NCBI GenBank assembly: GCA_044375465.1
Contig: JBILMN010000004.1
Span: forward strand, 1 to 55,646
Source of the DNA: Oligoflexales bacterium
GTDB lineage: Bacteria > Bdellovibrionota_B > Oligoflexia > Oligoflexales > RGVZ01
DNA length: 55,646 bases
Direction of reading: 5' to 3'
Of this stretch, positions 48,686 to 55,646 are shown in pieces. The position numbers and the translations under genes are program-made. The notes below the pieces were generated by a model that searched no databases, had not been told where the DNA came from, and saw only the letters and a list, made by a program, of their open reading frames with translations. Positions within the stretch are counted from its first letter, which is position 1. Each line of letters starts with the position of its first letter.

Positions 48686-50374
48686 TTATATGGATAATGA
48701 TCGGTGATCTGTAATGTGCCCCGTGCGAATCTCTGAAGTGACAAAGCGCACGTCAACATTCAGAGATTTAGGCCTGTTTTGGAACTGAAAATTGATTTTG
48801 TGATGATCGCGAAACTGGGTTAACTCCTGGCCATCCAATGTCCAAATGATCTCAATGTGCTCCCCAGGAGCCCGCGTACCGCCGTTTCGAAACTGCCCCA
48901 GGGCCAAAGTCGCAACCTCAGCACTGATGGTGTTACCCGTAACGGAGGCCTTGGCCTCATCAATCAGACCGATGGTGGCAAAGAAATGAGCCCAATGATT
49001 CTCCTGGCAAACTGGACAGAAAAACTCATGGGTCATATCCCGCATGAGGCAGCTTTCATTCGTTGGACGGTAGCCATCAAGGTTCAAAAATTTGTCAAAA
49101 TTTGGGAACGCTCCAACAAAATCCATGCTGTCATGAAAGTCTTCAGCATATTCATGCACGGTGAGCGAAGAGAGCCAATTATTATGATCTTGAACGTTCT
49201 CCCCAACAGTCATGGTATGTCGGCCTGACGACAATCCTGCCATGGTCACGTTGATAAATGAACGATCCAGTCGATTTGGGCTTTCAAAAGGAATGCTTTG
49301 GCCATCCAATTGAATCGTCATCGTGTCCGGAGTTTCAATGCCAGAGGCACTCAAGCGCATGGTCATTTGCTTATACTTACCATCACTATTCATGTTTACG
49401 GTAAAAGGACCCTTATCAAGCTTGTGCCACGGCCAATCAATATAGCGAGCCACCATCGGTTCAGCGCGCAGGGCACTTCGATCCGTCGCCCAATGAGCCC
49501 ATTCAGGATCCTTGTAGCTTGAGCTGTAATTTGCCCCAAAATAACCGCCGCCATCATACTCTTCGCCGACCCGGCCGAAGTTATGGCCCAACTCGTGGCG
49601 CAGCACAACGGTGCCACTGGTGACGGAACTGGTGGAGATTGCAAACTCGCCACCAAGTCCACCGTAATAGGGATCATTGGCGATCACGACCGGGTAATCA
49701 CATCCAGGGGCCTGCCTGCAACTTTCGCGAATGGCAGACTGCTTGCTTGGAAAAATGGCACGTAGCGTTTCACCCTCGCGATACAAACCGTAGGCGGTAT
49801 CGATAGGACTACCTCGACCAATCCCGGATTTTTGACTCGCTCGAAATACAGCGTGCACATTGAAAATGGGTAGAAATGATGTGAATGTCTTTCCGATAAA
49901 CATGTCATTCACGAGACGAGTGATATCCGCAAAAAATTTCTCCCGTTCATTTTCCGTATAACCATCGCCCATAAATACCAAGTCAATTCTGTTGGCGGGC
50001 TGGCCACTATTCACAATGGTGCGGACTTCATCCTTTTGACCCTCTTCCAGCGTCACCGCCAACGGGGCAACATGGTGTTCTTTAATCCATCGATTGATCG
50101 CGTTGCGGTCCGTACCTTCAAGTTCGATCACCCTAGCAGCCTGAACGGGCTGATGCTCAACGACGTACTGCGGATATTCGCGCGTCACAAATGGAGCTGC
50201 CATCTTATTTTTGATCGCGGTTTCCTCGCGCGACACCATGGTCATACGTCCATATTCGTCTTTAAGAATCTTCACAGCGATATTCACAGCCATTTTTTCA
50301 GTATAAGCGCTGGGAACAGCCAAAGCACTACTTGCACAAATCAATAACCCACAAATCCCTGCGGTTTTAATCAT
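48686..50374 (-). CDS. Secreted M64 family (IgA peptidase-like) metallopeptidase
   Basis: NRIDLVFMGDGY, YYGGLGG, HELGHNFGRVGEEY, YRPTNESCLMR...FCPVC. Confidence 0.9.
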   Translation of the reverse strand: MIKTAGICGLLICASSALAVPSAYTEKMAVNIAVKILKDEYGRMTMVSREETAIKNKMAAPFVTREYPQYVVEHQPVQAARVIELEGTDRNAINRWIKEHHVAPLAVTLEEGQKDEVRTIVNSGQPANRIDLVFMGDGYTENEREKFFADITRLVNDMFIGKTFTSFLPIFNVHAVFRASQKSGIGRGSPIDTAYGLYREGETLRAIFPSKQSAIRESCRQAPGCDYPVVIANDPYYGGLGGEFAISTSSVTSGTVVLRHELGHNFGRVGEEYDGGGYFGANYSSSYKDPEWAHWATDRSALRAEPMVARYIDWPWHKLDKGPFTVNMNSDGKYKQMTMRLSASGIETPDTMTIQLDGQSIPFESPNRLDRSFINVTMAGLSSGRHTMTVGENVQDHNNWLSSLTVHEYAEDFHDSMDFVGAFPNFDKFLNLDGYRPTNESCLMRDMTHEFFCPVCQENHWAHFFATIGLIDEAKASVTGNTISAEVATLALGQFRNGGTRAPGEHIEIIWTLDGQELTQFRDHHKINFQFQNRPKSLNVDVRFVTSEIRTGHITDHRSLSI

Positions 50375-50487
50375 GAGAGCCTCCAATGCTTTCAGGTGCC
50401 TATCACAGATCCGGCGAAGACCTTTAGTATGAAGATCTCACTGAAGCTCGCAACTAAAAAGAGACTTTTCTTGCGTCCGACGTGGGC

Positions 50488-51402
50488 CTAGTCTTCGTCC
50501 CACTCAATGGTGACCTCAAATTCTCCGTGGTTGGCTAGAATTTGACGCAAGGATTTTTTAAGGTCTCGTCTGCTTTGCGACGGGAGGTTAGAGGAGACCC
50601 CGGCATGGATCGATGCGACATGATGAAATCCATCCAATGACCATACTTTTAGACCATGAAGAGTTTTGATTCCAGGCAAACAAGACATTTCCGCCTTGAT
50701 GGCGCCAAAGTCAAGATCTGGAGCCGCTTGTAAAAAATACTGTCCACTGCCCCAGAAATTTCGAGCTGCGCCGACTAACACCACGCCTGCGATCAGTAAA
50801 CTTAAGACCGGATCGAGCCAAGGCACCTCAATAAATCGCATCACTAAAGCCGAGATCAGCACGGCAATCCACCCCAGAAGATCTTCGATCATGTGCCACG
50901 ATAGAGAACGCTCGTTTTGAGTGACGCCATGACTCATACGGTAGGCTGCAATCCCGTTGACCAACACACCAAGAACAGCCAAACCCAGCATCCCGTCAAG
51001 ATGTGGGGTTGACGGTTCCCACAAGCGAGAGACAGCACGGGTCACAATAAATATTGAACCAACAAGTAAAATCGTGCTTGTCGCGAGCGCCGAAAGTAAC
51101 GACAAACGCCGAAATCCAAAATTAAATCGTCCCCGCGCGCCCGCATGCGACAGGCTTTGCAAAACCAATGCGGAGGCCAGCATGAGTGAATCTCCAAAAT
51201 CATGAATCGCGTCGGCTTGGATCGCTACGCTATTGGTCCACCAGCCGCCCACCAGCTCGATCACGGCAAAACTCGCGTTCAGCATGAAAGCAATGGCAAT
51301 ATTACGCGATGATGCACCGTGATGAAGATGGTCATGATGATGATGATGATCATGATGATGATCGTGATCATGGCGTCTGCTGTGGCTGTGGGTACGACTC
51401 AC
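50488..51402 (-). CDS. CDF family cation (Zn/Co/Cd) transporter with His-rich N-terminus
   Basis: ADAIHDFGD, WHMIED, DPVLS; poly-His/Asp N-terminus. Confidence 0.93.
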   Translation of the reverse strand: MSRTHSHSRRHDHDHHHDHHHHHDHLHHGASSRNIAIAFMLNASFAVIELVGGWWTNSVAIQADAIHDFGDSLMLASALVLQSLSHAGARGRFNFGFRRLSLLSALATSTILLVGSIFIVTRAVSRLWEPSTPHLDGMLGLAVLGVLVNGIAAYRMSHGVTQNERSLSWHMIEDLLGWIAVLISALVMRFIEVPWLDPVLSLLIAGVVLVGAARNFWGSGQYFLQAAPDLDFGAIKAEMSCLPGIKTLHGLKVWSLDGFHHVASIHAGVSSNLPSQSRRDLKKSLRQILANHGEFEVTIEWDED

Positions 51403-51842
51403 GAGATCGTTCCCGCCGTCAACGCCGAAAATTTAATTTGATCGACCGCGACACCCACTTGTGCAAAAAGATCCACTGAATCGCGCTTCCGGTAATCATG
51501 GGCATAAATCACGCGCTTCACGTGCCCCAGATTGATCAATCGTTTAGCGCACATGGCGCATGGTAAATGAGTCACAAAAACGATTTTTTCGGTACTGCGT
51601 GGACTATCGCAATTGATCACAGCGTTTTCTTCGCTATGCAGGCAACCACAATTGCCGACCTCGTCGCGGTCACAACCGTTGTGTAGACCACTGGCATTAC
51701 CGTTGTAGCCCACGGCAAGGACCTTTCTAAAATCTGTACTGGTGATCACCGTCCCCACCTGAAGACGCTTACAGGTCGATCGTTCGGCAAGGGTGATCGC
51801 AAGACGCATGTAGATTTCCTCAAAAGACGGACGCTCTCTCAT
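51399..51842 (-). CDS. dCMP deaminase family protein
   Basis: RSTCKRLQVG, GYNG, LHSEENA, HLPCAMC. Confidence 0.92.
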   Translation of the reverse strand: MRERPSFEEIYMRLAITLAERSTCKRLQVGTVITSTDFRKVLAVGYNGNASGLHNGCDRDEVGNCGCLHSEENAVINCDSPRSTEKIVFVTHLPCAMCAKRLINLGHVKRVIYAHDYRKRDSVDLFAQVGVAVDQIKFSALTAGTIS

Positions 51843-51943
51843 ATTGCCCCCCATGCATGTTCCATGACTACGACATTAAAGCTCAATGAATGCATTCGAT
51901 CAATGCTCCCAGGATACAGCAAAATGACAGCAAAATGACATCA

Positions 51944-53203
51944 TTATGACTCACTTTGACTCCGATTGTTTACGTGACCATCCATGCCAGCATCTGATCG
52001 CAACCATTCCACAAGAGTGTCCCCACCAAGATCGACCCCCAATTTATTGGCATGCATCAGTCTTAGGGGTTCTGGTATATTCCACTTCAAGCCATTTTCC
52101 GGACCATCAGCACCAATAAACCAATGGAAGATATCCACTGCACCGGCTGCCATCGCACTACGGTATAGTCCACCTCCGCCCTCAATCAAAAGACTCCGAC
52201 AGCCCAAGTCCCAAAGATGCGACTTAAGATCCCGCCACAAGAAATGCCCCTTCTCATCAAGACCAAGCTCCAACACTCTGATCTTGGAGGCCCCTGTCCT
52301 TTCGAAAATAGAAGACCCCTCTGGTACAACCATCACAGTGTGTTCCTGGGACTCCTGAAACAGAGCTAGATGCTCCATGCGCGCCACAACGAGACCTTTT
52401 GGATCGAGCACAATCCTTAATGGGGTTCTGCCTTTGACGTGTGGGTGACGGATGGTCAGGGAGGGATTGTCGAGCAGAACTGTTTGGTCACCAACAACGA
52501 TCGCGTCATATTCAAGACGCAAAAAATGGCCCATTTGCCGCGCACGCTCGCCGGTAATCCATAATCTTTTCGTCCGATCGCCAGCGATCACTCCAGTCGG
52601 CGTGCTGGCGACTTTCATTGCCGTGAAGACTTCCTGACGCTCCTGATTGCAGACAAACACACGAGCCAACCAGCGACACCAAAAACGCCAATGATCAAGT
52701 TTTTGAACGATCTTACCGGATCGCAGCAGGATGTCTGCTCCCTGTCCATTCACAAGGGGGTTGGGATCTGTCATCCCATAGACCACTCTAGCAATCGGCG
52801 AAGCGGCGATGGTCTTAGCGCAAGCAGGAGTTCGACCTTCGTGCGCGCAAGGTTCCAGTGTCACAAACAAGGTCGTTCCGTGGAGCTGGGCAGGATCTGT
52901 CACTCGCCTGATCGCACCGATCTCAGCATGATGACCACCAATCTTAAGATGGGCTCCGGCAGATAAAAACCCTCCTTGACGGTCAAGCAGCACAGCTCCC
53001 ACCAATGGATTGGGAGAGACATGTCCACTACCTCGTAAGGCCACGGCCCAAGCCAAAAACATCGCACCATCATCGGACATTACTGTGCCAGGAGCTGGCA
53101 TCAGCAGGCTCGCATAGATTTCATCGCGCGCATATTCACGCATCAAGTCAAACCAATACTGACCCGACTGATGCCACTCGGGCGTGATGGGCGCAAAGCT
53201 CAT
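51944..53203 (-). CDS. ribD: Bifunctional riboflavin deaminase/reductase RibD
   Basis: PNPLVGAV, HAE, VTLEPCAHEGRTPAC, WITGERAR, DNPSLT, LLIEGGG; TGATG coupling to upstream TBDR. Confidence 0.93.
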   Translation of the reverse strand: MSFAPITPEWHQSGQYWFDLMREYARDEIYASLLMPAPGTVMSDDGAMFLAWAVALRGSGHVSPNPLVGAVLLDRQGGFLSAGAHLKIGGHHAEIGAIRRVTDPAQLHGTTLFVTLEPCAHEGRTPACAKTIAASPIARVVYGMTDPNPLVNGQGADILLRSGKIVQKLDHWRFWCRWLARVFVCNQERQEVFTAMKVASTPTGVIAGDRTKRLWITGERARQMGHFLRLEYDAIVVGDQTVLLDNPSLTIRHPHVKGRTPLRIVLDPKGLVVARMEHLALFQESQEHTVMVVPEGSSIFERTGASKIRVLELGLDEKGHFLWRDLKSHLWDLGCRSLLIEGGGGLYRSAMAAGAVDIFHWFIGADGPENGLKWNIPEPLRLMHANKLGVDLGGDTLVEWLRSDAGMDGHVNNRSQSES

Positions 53204-55446
53204 CAGAACTCCCCGCGCCACTCAAGATAAGGTATCGGGGGCACTCCCTTAAAATATTCCTCTTTGGAGTAATCGTAGTTTGGCTGGACCCCATAGGCTT
53301 GTCGCTTGAACCAAAAATACTCGACACCCCATCGCACTGTTGATTTCCACCGATCAAACAAACCATCATGGGAACTGAATATCGACAGCTCATTGTAATC
53401 TGGAAGCCGAGCCGCGTTGATGGCATTCGCAGCTCTCGACTGATATTTCTCGAGGTTTGCGTTGTAAACGGCGTCGCCTAGCTTACTGGTGTAAGTATCT
53501 CCAGTGTGATACCCTAGACGTCCACCCACATCCCATGTAGCACTCATGCGGTAGCTTCCAGCAAGATTGACCACGTGAGTCTGGTCATTGTCACCAGGAT
53601 ACCACGGAGTTTCGCTATCTTTGCGTTCGCGCGTCTTGGACCAGGTATAGGACAGCCAGCCAAACCAGCGTTCCGTCAGAGCGCGGCGTAAAAAAGCCTC
53701 GGCCCCATAGCTTTGGAGACGTCCCTTATTATTGTAATTCGTCACTGCATCAGAGCGGATGACCGACAAGACGTCTTTATAGAAAAGTTGTATATCCGTG
53801 GACCATCGTTCATCCCATTGAGTCTCAAGACCAAGAATATAATGCCTTGCATGCGGAAAATGAAGTCGTGGATTCCCAAATTTTTTGGAGGGTTCCCCAT
53901 TGCGGGGAAATTGCGAATACTGGCCAATGGCACCCTTGATGGTGTGACCGCGACCCACATCCTGCCGATACTGAAAACGCGGATCCAAACCCACCCGCTT
54001 GATCTCACTGAAATAGAAGGCTCGAGCGCCAGGCGTGATGATGCCATTGTTGGGAAGTTTGAAGTCACGTGCGATCCACGATGAAACATCATAGGTCGTA
54101 CCCTTGATGTCATATTGATCCCTCGGAGCCTCTTCCACGTCGTAAAAAGGATCATCAGGATCAAATCGCGGACCGTAGTAGGTCACGACATAAGGAACAT
54201 AGGACGCATCGGCACCAACATAAAAACGCTCATCGCGGCTGATTCTTTTGGTGGCTTCAATCGGGATGCGAAACGTCTGTGCCCGCACGCGAAACTTTAG
54301 ATCACTGACCTCAAACTTGTTGTCTGTATAGACGCTTTGCGGAGTGGTCGTCACGGACCATCCACCCTCAAGATTTCGCTGTCGCTCATAGGCGACAGCG
54401 CCAAAGTAAGTCTGAACAAAAAACCGACTGGATCCTGATTCATCCGTACTGAGATCTCCGGGAGCAGTGGCCCGCAAACCATCGGCCGATGCCAAAAGGC
54501 TCAGTTTGTCATAACCATGGTCCGTCTTTACAAGATAAATACCTTGATAATCGCGGAAATAGGGCACGACGGTCACACCAGAATCTTTGGGCAAAACCTT
54601 GGGTAAAATCAATTCAAGATAGCTTCGTCTGGTTCCAACCAAAAGCCCCGACGTTTCAGACAACGGACGCTCGTGATAGATCGAACTGTAAAGGGGCATA
54701 TTCAAAGTAAATCGCGTTTTTGGTCGCTCTGGAATTTCATTTTTTGAGCGCAAAACAACAACACCACCAGTCGCATCGCCGTATTCAGGTCCAAATCCGC
54801 CAGCACTAAACTCGACCTCATCAACCACCGAAGCAGGAAGCACTGATAAATTACCAATAGCGTGGTAAATAAAAGGCACCTTGATGTCATCAAGATAGTA
54901 GGCACTGTCAGCGGGCTTACTACCTCGGATCGTGACCTCAGACTGGCCAGGTTGGGTCGTCACACCAGGCATGAGTTTGGTCACCTGCCCCGGGTCACCA
55001 CCCGGCGCGACACGAGCCGCTTCTTCGGATGAAATCACTTTTTTGCTGATCGCTGGACGGCGACGCCCGCGAACAATCACCTCGTCATCAGCTCCAAGCG
55101 CGGGATAAAGGAACACCTCCAAAGCGCTTAAACCTCTGACCTCTTGAGCCGGCAACGATGATGTCTGAAACCCAGCGCGAACAAAGACCAACTCGTCTGC
55201 ATTTGCAGGAATATCGACCACCGCCCACCCGTCAGGATCGGAAAAAAACTTTCTGTCTCCCAACCGAATCTCAACCTTACGCAGAGGTCCCGCACCACCT
55301 TTTTGCAAAAAACGGATCTTCACTGAAACTTCAGCCGCCTGAGAGCTCGCGCCTGAATGAGCCTCTTGAGCCCTGAGGGCACTGATGGATGGATGCCCCA
55401 AAATCCCCGAGATCAATACCAAGCCACCAATGATATAACGCCGCAT
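53203..55446 (-). CDS. TonB-dependent receptor
   Basis: Signal peptide, N-terminal accessory domain, plug motifs LMPGV...IRGS...YYLDD...GGFGPEYGDATGGVV, C-terminal Phe. Confidence 0.88.
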   Translation of the reverse strand: MRRYIIGGLVLISGILGHPSISALRAQEAHSGASSQAAEVSVKIRFLQKGGAGPLRKVEIRLGDRKFFSDPDGWAVVDIPANADELVFVRAGFQTSSLPAQEVRGLSALEVFLYPALGADDEVIVRGRRRPAISKKVISSEEAARVAPGGDPGQVTKLMPGVTTQPGQSEVTIRGSKPADSAYYLDDIKVPFIYHAIGNLSVLPASVVDEVEFSAGGFGPEYGDATGGVVVLRSKNEIPERPKTRFTLNMPLYSSIYHERPLSETSGLLVGTRRSYLELILPKVLPKDSGVTVVPYFRDYQGIYLVKTDHGYDKLSLLASADGLRATAPGDLSTDESGSSRFFVQTYFGAVAYERQRNLEGGWSVTTTPQSVYTDNKFEVSDLKFRVRAQTFRIPIEATKRISRDERFYVGADASYVPYVVTYYGPRFDPDDPFYDVEEAPRDQYDIKGTTYDVSSWIARDFKLPNNGIITPGARAFYFSEIKRVGLDPRFQYRQDVGRGHTIKGAIGQYSQFPRNGEPSKKFGNPRLHFPHARHYILGLETQWDERWSTDIQLFYKDVLSVIRSDAVTNYNNKGRLQSYGAEAFLRRALTERWFGWLSYTWSKTRERKDSETPWYPGDNDQTHVVNLAGSYRMSATWDVGGRLGYHTGDTYTSKLGDAVYNANLEKYQSRAANAINAARLPDYNELSIFSSHDGLFDRWKSTVRWGVEYFWFKRQAYGVQPNYDYSKEEYFKGVPPIPYLEWRGEF

Positions 55447-55496
55447 GCAAACATTCCCTTTAAATTAGGATCGTCAATAAATCCATCCACATCATT

Positions 55497-55646
55497 TCAA
55501 GACTGACGCAGCAACGGCCCGAGATGCGCCAAGATGTCTTGACGCGGCAACGATTTTTGTTCAATTCCGTCAGCCATGTCTTTTAAATTATAGGTTCCCG
55601 CCTCCACCTCACTGGTGCCCAGCGTGATGACGTAGCGACATCCCAA
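55497..55646 (-). CDS. hisS: 3' end of histidine--tRNA ligase (anticodon-binding domain), partial
   Basis: Hand translation LGCRYVITLGTSEVEAGTYNLKDMADGIEQ...LRQS* matches the class IIa anticodon-binding domain C-terminus typical of HisRS. Confidence 0.75.
   Translation of the reverse strand: MGCRYVITLGTSEVEAGTYNLKDMADGIEQKSLPRQDILAHLGPLLRQS

Noticed and set aside
51318-51372. ATG/CAT microsatellite as a phase-variation switch
   Set aside because: Trinucleotide and in frame; it encodes the usual His-rich segment of CDF transporters.
55447-55646. Possible FMN or cobalamin riboswitch upstream of TBDR-ribD
   Set aside because: 55497-55646 translates as a HisRS-like C-terminus; only 50 bp are intergenic and no riboswitch motifs are visible.

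Overview
A mostly core-chromosomal ~55.6 kb segment. Gene content and sequence style suggest a Bdellovibrionota/Oligoflexia-like bacterium (inference, no search run). From left to right: a flagellar basal-body operon (flgF-flgG-flgA-flgH-like-flgI, minus strand, sigma54-type promoter), a flagellin, carD divergent from rpsO-pnp-dut, a non-canonical rpsR-rpmB operon ending in an unannotated 57-aa basic ORF, priA, tRNA-Ser(GGA), an amidase, an orphan histidine kinase and split TatT/TatP TRAP components around a small decaying accessory patch (19.75-22.5 kb). Then come several secreted proteases, sucB-lpdA-sucA, bactofilin, rplM-rpsI, two GT4 genes plus asnS, a MIDAS/vWA lipoprotein, two beta-barrel proteins, a GDPD-lysophospholipase pair, and hisS(3' end)-TBDR-ribD-dCMP deaminase-CDF. 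No CRISPR array, transposase or integrase is visible. Best leads: (1) a candidate lineage-specific ribosomal protein missed by the ORF track (11848-12021), co-transcribed with a Cys-free S18 carrying an RG-repeat tail; (2) a highly divergent FlgH with a long coiled-coil extension; (3) a PriA lacking one of its two Zn sites; (4) a structured rpsO leader; (5) a C39 peptidase gene broken by an 11-bp duplication inside a 28-bp direct-repeat-flanked segment.
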